This document shows positions 36,561-51,002 of a DNA stretch of 64,000 bases, in pieces. Below the pieces are notes generated by a model. The model was not told the origin of the DNA, made no database searches, and was given only the letters and a program-made list of their open reading frames with translations. Numbering within the stretch: the first letter of the stretch is position 1; the number at the start of each line of letters is the position of its first letter. The stretch is from Sphyrna mokarran (taxonomy: Eukaryota). Location of the stretch: assembly GCA_024679065.1 (NCBI GenBank), contig JAGIQG010000003.1, positions 57,970,001 through 58,034,000 on the forward strand, read 5' to 3'. A program made the translations under genes and the position numbers.

Positions 36561-38059
36561 CACCAGTTCAAGGGGATTGAAAGCTGTTATAATGTCCAAT
36601 TGTTACCTCAGCTGACATCAGTCTGGGAAGCAAAATGTGAATGTCTGGGTTACTGATCTGTGCATTGCTTTGGTTGCAATATTAGATTCCTTTCCCAAAC
36701 AGGCAAGGCAGTTTTGATACAATCTGCACCAATCTGTTTTGATCCAACTCAGTAGCAATTTATGGTACCCAGAAACTGAACATGCAGGGATTGTAGTGTT
36801 TCAGTTTCCAATTACCCATTTATCTATTACTTATTGTGGGTGAGGAAAAAGCATAAATTTTACTCTTTATGCATCATTATCCTTCTTTGCATTTTAATTA
36901 GGATTATGGTTGTGTGATAACACAAGGGCACAAAACATACAGCTAACAAAGAGGCTACTGTTTTTTTTTTCGGTTCTATCCTTACCACATTGGGCCCTGT
37001 CTATGATTCTTACAACACATTGTTTTAATTTGGATTAATTATTTCTTCTAATCCTATGTTAATTAATCAACAGTTTGTTTTCAATTGATCGTACTTGTTT
37101 TTATTCATAGAATAAAATTCACATGATAACTTGTGGCTACCCCACAAATGCTCAAAAGAAGGACTTCTATTTAATCTAAAATAATGGTTTACTTTATATA
37201 AATGGCATCTTGTTCGAGCCTAAATGGCCATGTACACCCATAATTGACGTCAATGCCAAATGTTCAGTTATGTAGCAACCACCATCAGTTTGGGATTGCT
37301 CATATCAAAGGCAAAGCAATTGTCTTTTACTATCAACTATCCTTTGCTTCTCTATCCCTTTTGCTTTTCCTTCACTTCTCAGAAAAGAAGCATGAAAGTG
37401 TGTGAGCAGTTTAATACAAAAATAAACCTTGCTACATTTGGCCTTCAAATGCAAGATGCTTGACTGTGGGTATTACTGTGATGGCAAATAAATGATGACA
37501 TACTCAATAGGAAGTGAAGACTGACAAGTGGAGCACCAGTTGCACAGCAGCACTCAGTTACCATTGCATCTTTCAGTCTCTGCTTCTCTCAGCATCTAAA
37601 ACTAAACGTTCCCCCTGTGCTTTATCTATTCTCAACAACTCAGAGGGCACCTCCAGCACTCAGACAGTTAAGCAGCAGGGGGTTTGCTGGCATGAAATGT
37701 TTGAATTTGGATGTCAGTGTTATGGTAAACAAAATCTAACCACACGTTGACTTGAAGGGCACCGAATGAATAATTTATTTACTGCCTTTCATCACAGGCC
37801 ATCTGAAAAATAACAAAAGTCAGTTATGAAAGTTCCTCTTGTTCTACTAACGTCTGTATTATATAGGATATGGATAAGGTTGCACTGAATTTCAACGTCC
37901 ACCATCTTTTAAAAAATTCACTTGAGACATGGGTGTCGTTGGCTGGCTAACCTTTTATTGTCTATCCCTAGTTGTCCTTGGCCAGGCAGAATTCTAATAT
38001 TCTATGACAATATTCCAACAAATACATCCAATACCTGTACAAACCTACCACTGAAGCAA

Positions 38060-38500
38060 TTGGCACTGGCTTAGTGGATAGAACTCGTGCTCCTGAGTCA
38101 GGAGATTGTGTTCTTAGTTGCAGTCCAAGACCTGAGCCCAACAAGCTAGGCTCATACTCTAGTGCAATACTGTGGGAAGTGCTGTGTTGCTGCCCTTTGG
38201 ATTGAGACCTTGCACAGCCTTTAGCAGAAGAGGGCAAAATAAGCTTCTGTGACATTATTTTTAAGAAGGCAGAGGAGTTATCCCCAGTGTCCTGGTCAAT
38301 AATTATCCCTCAGACAAACATTAAAAAATTAGGTTTTCAAAACTGGTCATTATTATGTTGCTGTTTGTGCGAGTTTGCTACTCAATTTTGCTTCCTATAT
38401 TATAGCAGGTGCCACACTTCCTAAATACTTATTTGAATGTAAAGCATTTTGAGATGTCTGGTAATCATGAAAGGCATTAAATTAATGCAAGCCTTTCTTT
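38060..38500 (+). mobile_element. Deu-domain SINE
   Basis: ggcttagtggatagaactcgtgctcctgagtcagg...tgtaaagcattttgagatgtc...atgcaag. Confidence 0.65.
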
Positions 38501-41500
38501 TGTAATATCCTTATTAGTCAGATAACAGCGCAGTGGTAGTCTACATGAGTGTTGTTCTCATATCCTCTTTGTGCCAACTTTAAACGTATGACAAATGTCT
38601 ATGTATTTGGCACTTGTGCATTTGGATTGGACAAATGATAAAGGTCTTGTGCTAGATTTTGCTGATGTACAAGACTTTGGTTATACTTCTGTTAGAATTT
38701 AGCACAAAGTTTTGATTGCTTAATATGATGAGGGATACTGAAACTTTGGAAAGAATACAAAGGAGGATGACCACAAGATTAATTCCCTTTTACTTAAATA
38801 GAGTAAACAAGCTTGGTCACCATACCTGAAAAGAGTATAAATGGGCTGATTTGATTGTGGTTTATAAAACAATAACCATGTTTACTTTGGGCATTATGCA
38901 TCATAACAGGCTGGATGGACCAGTAGGTTTTTCCTTCCTTCTAGTTTCTCATTTGTATTTTTATGACTGTGTGTATAACCATAGTAGCTGAGATTTACCG
39001 AGAATCGAGTGGGAGCCTCAAAATGGATTTTCCCATTCAACTGTCCCTATCAATGATATAATGGAAAGCTTTAAAAATCAGGATCCCCATTTGCATTAAT
39101 TAAAATGTCATTATTGGGCATTTACACCTGAGACCCCAACACCACATCATCCATTCATGTTGGTGTGAAGGCATGCCAATGTGAATCATGACAGCCCCTC
39201 CAGAATGTGTACTTGGCAAATAGAAGCTGTTAGAGGCTGACAAGCAAGTACAGCCCCAGAGGGAAGAAGGTCATGCCTGGATAGTACCCTGGCACTGCCC
39301 CCTCGATCTGTACCAAGACAGTAAGAGGCAGGTTGACTGTGGGGCATGGGGACGTACTCTTTGTCTGTGGCAGAAGGGCTCTGTGGTGTGTGTCTGTGTG
39401 TGTGTGTGGGGTTGTAGGAAAGGTTACATTGTGGGGAGGGTGGAGGAGTTCGGTAATATAGAGTGGAGGGAGGGGTAGAGTTCTGTAGGGTGTTCCTTCT
39501 ATTTGATCAAGCATTCTTTAAAAACAGTGTCCTGATTTTTTTAGACCTAAGTTGCTGTCAGGGCATGCTTAATCAGAACACGTGGGGATGTTTCCCCCTG
39601 CATTTGTTTTTCGCGTAGTGTTTAAAAATATGGTGAGGAAAGCTGGTAAGGCAGCCAGTGGACAACCCTAGGCTTTTCCTACCCAAGACGACACTGTCAA
39701 AAAAAAAACAGTAAATTCCGGCCAGTACTTCTCATCAGCATCCATTCGGATATACTCTGAACTATTTTATGGAATTTCACTTGTTTTGCTATAGCATATT
39801 TGTTCAATCCATTCTCCAAGACTAAACATTATATGGAGAGTTAATCTATCTTAAACAACTTACAATGCACTGTGATCTATTATACTTTGGAATAGCGATC
39901 TCATCATTTTACCCCACCGGCTGATGGCAGTGCAAGTTGGTAAGCTTGTGAGACAGCTGAAAAAGAAGGTTCGTGCCGGATTTCCCACTTTTTGTTATCT
40001 TACCAGCACCAGATAGCCAGTGAGATCAGCCTGGTGCCCAAAAAAAGCAGGAGGCCGAATTGTTAATGTAATATTTAAATTAAAATCATCTGGGCTCGCT
40101 TGCCTTTGCAGCCTCATCGGTGAAGGTCCTCACCTGTGAGGATCACAAATGGTCACTATCTATGGGGACCAGACATGATGACCTCGCTGGTGGGCCTGGA
40201 GACCATTGACGTCCCCCTCTGGAGGTCAGGGGTGAAGGGTTCACTGGGCATATTGGCAATGCCTGCTGAGCATCAGACAATTCAAAGGGAGGATGGGGAC
40301 TGAGGGGGCAGCACCATCTGGGTTTGGAGTGCTGCATCCTGTGCAAATGTGATTGGGGCAGGAGGGCACTGCATGCTGTGCAACTGGTGATCGGCTGGTG
40401 CATATATAGGGGATGGGAAGATTGAATGGTCCCTGGAGATGGGCATTCAGTCCAGGTGAAGTGGGAATCAGCTGCAGAGGGCAACAGTAGCAAGGGGGGG
40501 GAGGCGGTGATTGGCCATGATGACTTGCCGGGGGAGGGGGGATGCAGTGAATGACAGATCTGTGTTCACAGCACGTAGACACCTGCACATGTACAATGGT
40601 GCCCTTTGTCTGAAACTGCCGGCTTTCAGTGAGCTTAGGTCCAGCTTCCTCCCCGCTGCTGGTGGGAAACAGATCTTGCATTTTTTTTTCAGTGAGGTAA
40701 GATTCAATTCTGTTTTATTTGCCCCCCCCCCAAAAAAAAAGTGTGATTCTCTCCCATTTTCACAATTGACTGGCACCTGCAACTTCTTTTGGTAAGGTTG
40801 CTTCTTTTGTGCCCATTTGTATTAATGTGAAAGAATTGAGATTTCTAACCTTCAAAATTTAATTGTCTGACTAATGTTTTTGACTTTTGGAACTGTGTAG
40901 TTTTATTGCTCCTTATTCCTTCTCACCAGTCATGAGTTAACAAATTCTTGTTATCTGTGACATGAAATAGAACAATATTAGGATGATAACCTATACCTTT
41001 CTTTACAATCAGCATTGAATTGAGATTATCTTTAGTTCCAGAAGCTATGTTTACCAGATATTTGGTATTCAGAGGAAACTTTGCCTAATGGTAGTAACTG
41101 AGACTTTAGTAGCTTCAGATTTGCCCCAAGGAATTGATAAGATGAGTTTTAAGACTGTGGAAATGGTCAATTTTTTTTTTCCAGCTACTGAAAGGAGTCT
41201 TTTGGGGTTGACCATGGAATGAAATTGGACCTATTTCAATTGAAAACTAATTTTTGAAGCCATCTTTGGTACTTATTACGTTAATGATAGCTTTTAGCAT
41301 CCCATCGTACCATGTAAAACAATGTTCTTGAACCCTTGCATTTTACTGCGCAGAACACATCAATTCATCATAACCAACCATGTCTACATTCAGCACTCTC
41401 ATCTCTGCAGTGGAGTGTGTCTTCATTCTGTCCTTGAACTATGCGTTGGCATCCCTGAGAGAATGCTCAGTCCTGCTGCAATTTAAAAAAAATCTGTTAC

Positions 41501-44500
41501 TGATAGTTTCTCAGCAGGACTCCTAATAGGTCTGTAGATCATTCCCTGCAGCAGGCAAGCCCTAGGCAGTACCATTGTTTTAAAATAAAGATCGTGCCAC
41601 CATGTGTCTGCAAATGTATCTAATTTGACATGTTAAGATTCAAAAAGCAGCATTTCTTTCTAATGTAGTCAAAATTCATAAAATCTGGTTTCATAAATCA
41701 ACCCCTACTTACCAGGCTAGTAAAGAATGAATGAATCTTTGCAGCTATCTGTCTTAACACAAAGAGGCAGAAATGTATGGTGGTACGAGTGGAAAACTCA
41801 TTGTATTGTAACAGTCGCTAGTTACGTTCCCATATATTTTGGTGCCAATAACTTTTATAATGCAAGGTCACAATGGGAGTGCAAAGAGGTTAATGCAAAA
41901 CTGCCTGCTTAGCCCAACTACTCAACCAAATTTTGCTGTGTAATAAAAGTGGACATAATGTGGAGATGCCGGCATTGGACTGGAGTAAAACAAAGAAATC
42001 CCACAATACCATCTTAAAATCCAAGCAGGTTTATTTGTAGCAATTCAGGACAGCTTGCCCCTTCATCAGGTAGCTGGGAGTTTCACATGGCTTATACCAA
42101 GTTTTCCTAATGTCCTGGTTGTAACCCTGTGCAGCCCAGGGACAGTTTTTGAAATTCTGTTCAAACAGCTAAGTTTGAATGAAAGAGCAGCATGGAGCTG
42201 CTCCTCCATAATAAGTCATTTCACTCGCTTGTTTGCTGCTGTTAGATTTGCTCATAGCAGCAAATTCTGGTGAAACGCAATCTCTGATTGGAGATCAACA
42301 ACACCAGTAGCAATATCTTGGAAGCTTTGGGAGCAAGGCCTAGGGAACAGAGATGCCCCAGGGCAATGAGGCTCAGGCGAGCTTGAGCAAGTTTGATTGG
42401 AGCTGAATCATGTCAGAGCAGGGTCCAAACAGACAAAAGCAAGTTTGCATGAGGCAAAGGTAGATCAGAGAATAGCTCAAGCTCCTGCAGAGGACCAAAA
42501 TGGAACCCAGGTTTCCAGGATTGGGCTTGTACAGATTAGAGTGGGGCATTGGGCAGCAGAGATGAGATCTGTTGCTACATGATTGATGAGTTTCTGGAGA
42601 TTGAGAGAGAGATTGTGACGGGGGTGAGGAAGAGAGGGTGTAAAGAGCTGGAGGGAGGGAATGGGACATAGTGACAGGATGTAAGGAAGAATTGAGGTGT
42701 GGGAGGGGCTCAGTGTGAAAGAGGATAGGGAGAGTGTGTGGGGGTTTTAGAGATGAGATAGACAAACCTGTCACACCCTATGCACATGCATGTGAGTTTA
42801 TGCATGTATCAAGTCTGGCTCAATCCCAGTATCAGGGTTCTCATGCAGTGAGTGAGGGTGAGTGAATGAGTATCCTGAGATTTGGGGTGGAATTTGCTGG
42901 CCTCCCAACAGTGCAATTGCCAATGTAGAGGCAGGATTTTGTGATCCTACTGATGTCTGTGGCATTTCGTGTAGCTCACCCCTCCCACCAAAGCGGTGGG
43001 AGGGGTCACTTTCAATAGGACTGAAAAATCCTATTTGCAGGAAGGACTGGAATGTTCAATCCCTCGAGTGAGCGTGACACACACACACACCCTCACCCTA
43101 TTACACTCTAATACACGACTTTATTTGATATTCATTGTTTATTTGCTCAGCAAGTTGTTCCTTTTAATGACTCAGTTTTTAAAAATAATTCATGTTTAAA
43201 GTTGTGCCAAACTTAATCTTTCTAAAATTTGCTGATCAGCCCCCTCGAGTGAGAAAAGCTTTGAACCATGGCTTCCTTAAGTGGCGGGATCGGATAAGTC
43301 CCGTTTTAAGAGACTTGTAAAATTACATATGGTCTGAGTGATCAGAACCAACACTAACTGTTAATGAATATTTGTAAAGACATCCTATTTTTGTTAACTT
43401 GCAATTTAATCAGTTTGCAGATTTTGTTTCTTATTCCTTCGATTCAATTAATCTTTAGATTAGTTTGAAAATGTCTGAATCTTATTTCCTGATTCTCAAT
43501 TGCTGGTGAAAAACATTGTTCACTTGAATACAAGTTTGAAAACTGGACATTCTAAACAAAAAGCTCTAAGGTGGGGCTTTAGATTGAAAAACATGGCAGC
43601 ACGTAATATTCAGTTCATGAGTGTGATTTTGACACAAACTCAAAATCAGTGCCATCCAATTTTACTAAGCAAGAGAAAATAATACGTCATTTAAATCTAT
43701 AACATGTCAGCATATGTGCACTCTTCCAATCTGGTGGAGGGAAGAAGTGAAAAGTTGGATTTTTTTCAAAATGAAACTAAACTGAATACTTTCAAATATT
43801 TTCTCATACAAAGTCAGCCCAGAAATACCTAGATCCCATTCCAAGCGATTTCACGTCCATATTCAATGGACAAATACTCAGCTTTTTGCCAGGTCACTTA
43901 ATTTGGAAGTCCGACTCGTAATTTTGGAATCACACCAAAGTCATCTTCAAAAATTAAATTAGGGGACAGTTGAACTTTAATTTAGTCTTTATAATGTATA
44001 GACCCTTGATAGCCTTGTGTGTCAAGTTGTTTCGTCAAATTTCAAAAGAAGCTGAATTAAGAGTAGAAAATGTCACTGCTGATAATGCTGTATGTGATTT
44101 TACAACATACATGCCTGGTGTTGGGGACTTCAATAAAATCATAATGATGGGGTCTGCAGTGAAGGCATGTGTGTCTGTTTTACTGGATGAGTTGTCAGGG
44201 ATTTTGCCTGCAGCTATATTTTACAGAACAATGAGAACATGAGCCTCTTGCTGTTAATATTGGGGCAGTTCTTGTGTCTTGATCCCCTGCCTTTATAGGC
44301 AAAAGCTCTGATAAGATAAAGAGCAAAAATGATTAAGTTTGGTGTGCAAAGCATAATTTATAACTGCTCACAGTTGATGAATTGGAACAGACATACCTTA
44401 ACAAGCTAATCCAGCATTTTATTTGCACCAGGCATAAAATCCTGTGTATTGTGTCCATCAAATTTTATACTTTTACTTGGAATTTGCAGCATTAAAGCAG

Positions 44501-45799
44501 GAGATTCGGTCCAAATGATCTATGCTATTGTTTGTGTTCTACACATGCCTCCTTCCTTCTCTCTCTCTCACCTTCTATTCCTTTGTTTCAAAATGCAGGC
44601 AACTGTTAAAGAAATTAACCTGGACCCTCAAATTTATCAGCAGCAAAACTTTTCTCTCCAGTTCATCTCAACTGTTTAGAAGCAATTGTCTGGATTTTGC
44701 CTATTAAAACAGCTGCATACTAGAAATCCAAATGTCCCTTTTGTTTATCATAAAATCATTTCCTAAGTACAAAAGCACTTAAATTGTCCAAAATACATTT
44801 ATTTTAATTAATAACATTCCTTTTTTTTTAGAGAAACATGCCCATAGATGTTCTTCCCCAAGGAATGCACCAAAAATTACATCCTTCATGAGTTGTATTA
44901 TTTCAACCCTTGGGCTTGCATGTATTTCTTAGTCTCTCCAATGCCAGTACACTTGAGACCATGATTATGTTGCCAGCATTTTTCTTTGACCACCCAACAA
45001 GCTGCTGGTCAACTGTCACAAGTTATCTCAGTTTACGTGTATGAAGGCAAGCCAGACCCCAGCATTCCTGTTCCTGATTCTCTTTCTCTAGCTTTTATTT
45101 GTGTTTTTTTTTAATCTTGAAACTGCAAATCCTCCTTGAAATTTATATTAGCCAACCATCATCATCCTCAACATTTACTGACCAAGCACAGTTCTCCCTC
45201 GCCAAGATCTCTCGAGGAAAAAGTGTTCATCATGTATTTTCCTAAAATAGCTGGGAGCGATTTGACAAGTGAAGGGAAGTTTCTGCCAAACCGGCCCACA
45301 TTTCTGAAGGTAATAAATTGCTGTCAGGTTTGAACAGTGAGAACGCACAGTCCGTACAGAATTGGTATTCTAATATCCTGTCTCAAGGTCATGCTATTGG
45401 TGCTAAATAAATGGTCTCAACAGCATTTTAAAACGTTTTCCTGAAAAGCAAATCTATAAACTCTATATTCTTTCCTGGAAATCTCCAGTCATGCTGTTTA
45501 AAGCTCCCAATAGTATAATTCAATGTTTGCAACGCACCAGGCGAATTTGCTAGCCAGCTGTGTAGAGCACAAAATAGGGTCAAAGAAGAATGGTTATAAA
45601 TTATTTCCATTTTTTATTCAAAGACTGACTTTTTGGCTTCTTCAGACAGCTGCAAAAATAAAACAGTCCTTCTGTTATTCCCAAGAATACCACCAACAAC
45701 TTGCATTTATGTAGCCCCTTTAACATGATAAACACATGCTGCAGTATCAGCATTAACTGCATAGATAAAAAGAGGGATGAAATCCCGTAAGCAGAATAT

Positions 45800-46010
45800 A
45801 AAAGCCGCCGCAGTCCCAAATGACCATAGTCTACTCTCTCTTTCGAAGAGCAAGAGTTGACTTGTGGTGATTTAACCTGATGATCACCACATGATCATCA
45901 CTGATGATCAAGTGAGGCACAAGGTTGAGAAGGCAGGCCTTCATGAATAACCTCAGCCTTACAGGGATTGAACCTGTGCTGTTGGCATCATCCTGAATCA
46001 CTAACCAGCT
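45800..46010 (-). mobile_element. tRNA-derived SINE (third family)
   Basis: Minus-strand B box (gggattgaacctgtgctgttgg); similar head at ~20360-20450 (+). Confidence 0.5.
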
Positions 46011-47610
46011 TTCAGAAAAAGATTAGTGAAGACAAATATAGGTCCCTTACAGTCCAAAACTGGAGAATTTATAATAGAGAACAAAGAAATGGCAAATCAA
46101 TTAAACAACTATTTTAATTCTGTCTTCACGGAAGAAGACACTTCACAGAGATGCTAGGGAACCAAAAGTCTGATGAGAAGGAGAAATTGAAAGAAATTAG
46201 TATCACTAAACAAAATGTTGGAGAAATTAATAGGACTGGAAGTCAGTAAATCTCTAGGGTACTAAAGAAGGTGACCTGTAAATATTGAATGCTTAGATTC
46301 TGAGACAAATCCAGCAGATCGGAGAATTGCAGATGTAACTATGCCATTTAAGAAGGAAGAGAGGGAGAAAACAGGGAATTACAGACTGGCTTGCTGAACA
46401 TCAGTAATAGGGGAAAATAGCAGAGTCTATTATAAATGATGTGATAACAGGACATAAAAATATCAGCAGGATTATACAAATTCAACATGGATTTACGAAA
46501 AGGAAATCCAGTTTGTCAAACCTATTAGAATTTTTTGAGGTTGTAATTAGTATAATGGATAAGGGAGAGCCAGGGAATATGATGGGGGTAATACTTTGGC
46601 ATGGATTAAAAATTGGTTAACAAACAGGAAATGGAGAAGCGGAATAAGTGGGTCTTTTTCAGAGTGGAAGGCAGTGATTAATGGCGTACCACAGCAATCA
46701 GTGACTAATCTCAAGAATTCACAATATATATGATTGATTTTGTATGAGGGAACCATGCGCAATATTTCCAAGTGAAATAGATAAGTTGAGTGAGTGGGAA
46801 AATTGCTGGTGGATGCAGTGTAATGTGGATAAGTGTGAAGTTATCCACTTTGACAGGAAAAACAAAATGGCTGAGTATCATTTGAATGGTGTTAGATTGG
46901 GAAATGTTGATACACAAAAGGACATGGTGTCCTAGTGCAGCAGTCACTGAAAGCAAGCAAATAGGAAAGGCAAATGTACATTGCCCTTCATTGCAAGAGG
47001 CCTTAAGTGCAGAAGTAGGCTGATCTTACTACAGCTGCACAGGGCCTTGGTAAGGCCATGTCTGGAATACTCGTGTAGTTTTTGTCTCCTTACCTAAGAA
47101 AGGATATACTTGCTAGAGTGGGAGTGTAGCAAAGATTGACCAAACTGATTTCTGGAGTGGCAGGGCTGTCATATGAGGAGAGATTGGACCTGCATTTACT
47201 GGTGCTCAGAAAAACGAGGTGAGATCTCATTGAAACACAAAATTCTGACATGGCCGACAGATTGGACACAAGGATAATGTTCCCTCACTTGGGGGCAGAG
47301 TCCTGGAACAAGGGGTTGCAGCCTTAAGATGAAGGGCTGGTCATTTCAGACTTGAGATGAGGAAAAATCTTATACTCAGAGGGTGCTGAACCTATAGAAC
47401 ACTCTAAAATATGAGGCTGTGGAGGCCAAGTCAATGAACATTTTAGAGAAGAAATAAATTTCTAAAAATCAAAAGCATCAAGGTGTATGGGAAGAGCGTG
47501 GAAGTATGGTGGAGAGAGTAGAGGATCAATCATGGCCATATTGAATATACAACAGGCTTGGAAGCCTAAATGACCTACTCCTCTTCCAATGCTCTGTATC
47601 GATGTTTCTA
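46010..47610 (+). mobile_element. CR1 (HER1-like) LINE, decayed and internally deleted ORF2 plus 3' UTR
   Basis: QHGFTKRKSSLSNLLEFFE-like and W.MQCNVDKCEVIHF motifs; 3' tail. Confidence 0.9.
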
Positions 47611-49654
47611 AGCAGACACACAAAAAAAGGCCATAGTCAAAGAAGGATACATTAGTTCAGGTAATAAAAAGCTTGATGATGGCGATAGATCTCAATGAGC
47701 ATCTTAAAGGGAAGAATGGAGTTATAGAAGGAATTTTCTTCCTAATTCTAAAGCTTTGAGCTTGGACAGAGCTGGAGATGTGGCAGGCAATGGTGAGGGA
47801 ATAGAAATGGGATATAGAAAAGAAGCTGGATTTAGAGAGAGAGAGACACAGTTCTCAGGTGGTTGTAGGAGCTGGAGAAAGTTAGAGATAATTGGGTCAT
47901 GACTATGGAGGGATTTGAACACCAGAATAGGAATTAACATTTGCCCAAATGTAAAGTGCATGTGTTCCTTAAGGCTGTTCTTTTCCACCTTTCTGATGTT
48001 AAAAAAAAAATACATGAATGATACAGTTTCAGTTTGCAAGTTTTGGGATATTAATTTCTAGTCAAGTTTAAAAAAAACCTTTTTGTTTTCTAAAAGATTA
48101 GAAAATGTTGGAAATACAAAATGTCTGGGTAGGGAAAAGATAGGATAGCATTTCAGATGTAACCCTATATTAGAAACTAGGTATAGACATGAAGGGCAGG
48201 CTCACCCATGAGCTATCTGATTTATACTCAGATATTGCACAGTTGTGGAACATTTTTGACAGCATTATTGTTTTGACATTTTTTTGTCCTATTTCCTTGT
48301 TGATTTCTTCAGTTAAATTTGACATTACAGAACAGTGCACAGCATTTGGGCAGAAAGATGCTGTTAACTCAATCAAATGTGCTAGAACATAGTGAGCTAA
48401 AGAAAATCCTGTTGTTGGTCAAAGGAGGTTACATTTATCTTGATGCTTTAAAACAATTTGAAGATCTATTTCGAATAAACCGAGTTTAAGGATTCAGTGC
48501 TGTGACTGCTGTAAAATATTTATCAAAAGTTTTCATGAAAATGCAAAAATTGCTGACGGATCATATATAGAAGTTGAAAAACTGAAGTCAACTTTTAAGG
48601 TATATGAAAAATTTGGGCTTTTTTTTGTATAGGTCAAAACATCAGCTTTTACATGAATATAGTATTTTGTTTTAAATCTATTTAACCTGCATTGGCAGTG
48701 TAGCAATACAAATGTAAGTGAACTTACTGAGATGTAATCCCAATTCTCTTCGCACACTGAGTGTTGCTCTAAGGTAGACTTTTGTTTGTTTCCATAGCTT
48801 GGCTGTTCCAAGACAGGTCGCTAGTGTGTCACCAGAGGCTTATAGCTTGAGGGGTGTCACTCCACAAGCTGGCCAGTAGTGTCTCCAGCACTTACCTGCA
48901 GCCATTGGCATGTTTGGAAGGATTTGCAGGTTGATACTCAACTTATTTGACAGCATTAGGAATGTATCTTTCTTGGTTATCAGGTTCTGGGATGGGACTC
49001 GAACCCAGAGCTGCTGGCTCCAAGGTTGAGACGCCACCCACTGCACCACAAGATCTCCTACTTGTATATAATGATCAATTTATATTTAGTGTAAAATTAA
49101 TATCATATATCAGGATCCTTTTATCATACTCCCGTAGAGTCAGGGAAAAACAGTAACTTTTAAATGTTGGGTTCTGGAGGGAAGATATCTGAGTTACAAG
49201 AGCTTAAAAAAAAACTGCTTCGAGGGGATAATTGTTTAGAACTCATAAGAACTCGGAGCATGAATACACAACTTGTCCCTTGAGCCTACTCCGCTGATTA
49301 ATAAGATCATGGCTGATCTCATCTCGGCATCAATTCCATTTACCTGCCCGTTAACTATAGCTTTTCAAACCCTTACTAATTAAAAGGGTTAACTTTTAAA
49401 AGGCCCAACTCTTAAATTTAATCAATGTCACATTCATTGTATATATTCATTATAAGTCATTCAGTCTGAGGGGATTCTATACAGTTCCCCTCCTCACTGT
49501 TCACTATGGTTAGTTATTGACAGCAACCTTTGCCTTTTGCACCTCTGTGACAGTTGTCCTTGGTTTTAGTGCATCCCTCAGTATGTAATCCTGGGCTTTG
49601 GAATTTGCCAGTCTGCAACATTTGGTCAGGGACAGCTCTTTGTACTGGAAAACT

Positions 49655-49880
49655 GCCTTACGGCACCAGGGATCTGGGTTCAATTCCAGCTTCAGGATAC
49701 TGGCTGTGTGGTGTTTGCACATTGTCCCCGTGTTTGTGTGGATTTCCTCCGATAGCCCAAATATGTGGGTTATGTGGATTAGTTATGGTAAATGCACAGG
49801 GTTACAGAGAGATGGCTTCGATAAGATACTCTGCTGAAGAATTGGTGCTGAAAGGCCGCCTTCTGCACTGTAGAGATTGA
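49655..49880 (+). mobile_element. HE1-like SINE, partly deleted
   Basis: ctgccttacggcaccagggatctgggttcaattcc...ccttctgcactgtagagatt. Confidence 0.7.
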
Positions 49881-49924
49881 GATTTCAAAGAGTGTAATTA
49901 AGTTGACGATCCTCTAGCAATAGT

Positions 49925-51002
49925 TGATGTTTGCTCAATAATGTGTCCTTGAGAACAGCTTATAGAATCTTGGGAATGCTCGGGATAACCTTGCCCAAAA
50001 CCACCCCACCTGTCTCCAGATTTTCCTTCCAAAGGCACATTCCACAATGAGCCAATGGAGCTTATTGACAACAGTCTCTTTGAAGGTGTTGTGCAGATAG
50101 GGTGAGATTCCAGGCTTGTAGAAAGAATCTGGCAGAGGATTTTTCTCAACATTAGCCAAGCTATGTCTTGGTGTGTGTTTGAAAGTTCTGATCATGAGGC
50201 ATTCTGCCAAATGACCTTGATGATCTGCACAGGGGCCATCTGATAGGATCCTCCATCTCCTTTCCCGTTGGGCCTCTAGGAACTTCAGCACAGAATGCTG
50301 ACTAGATTGTGGTCAAAAGTGATTTGCTGCATTGATTCCTCCATGAGGGACAGATGGTTTGGCATAGTCCGACTGCTTGGAGCATTGTGTGGCCAGGCCC
50401 ATCTTTTGCAATATCGGAGATAGATATCCGCACATAATGAAACTTGGTTTTTGCATACCAAGAATCTATACAAAGCTGGCCATCGCGATTAGTGTAAGAT
50501 TGGGCATTTTTTTCCCCCTTTCTATGAAGGTTTGTGCATTGTGTCCTTACAAGCAAGACCCTTTTTTTGATCCTAGATGAAGTAGAACCTGGTTTGGATG
50601 ATTATCATAGTGCAAGAGTGGTGAATGGGCCAGACGTGCGCCACATACCACAATACCAACGATGCCTTGCAGCTGATGACCAGGTTCTTATCTGCAATGG
50701 AGAGGGAGCATTGCTCCCATTTATCCAGCTCTTGATTCATTACACCTACTCGCTCCTTCTGGCTTCTCATGCATGGTCAGGTCCCTGTGAACCATATCTT
50801 CAGTATCTCCTGCCCATCTGAACCATATCCCCAGTATCTCCTGTCCATTTAACGTGATCTTTTTCTTTCTCCGGGTAAAACCAAATCGATTCCTTTTCTT
50901 GCTCCAAAAACCCACAAGCGAGACAAACAAGATCCAAGCTGACAAGATAAGGCATTGCACCCCATCTTGAGATCAATCTGACGCTTGATTTTAGCCAAGA
51001 AA
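49925..51002 (-). mobile_element. Tx1-clade (Keno-like) LINE: U2 head and 5' region joined to ORF2 C-terminal part
   Basis: Minus-strand frames give ILGIWF, LDKWEQCSLSIADKNLVI...YVAHVWPI and NAPSS.TMP.HLS (Tx1 ORF2-like, frameshifted); ttggctaaaatcaagcgt U2-like head; 31-bp tandem duplication at 50788-50849. Confidence 0.75.

Noticed and set aside
39230-40795. Cluster of 94-146 aa ORFs
   Set aside because: G/C-skewed, low-complexity interiors of probable non-autonomous DNA transposons; Pro/Ser-rich with no domain signal
42373-42774. 133-aa minus-strand ORF
   Set aside because: Arises from a purine-rich low-complexity tract
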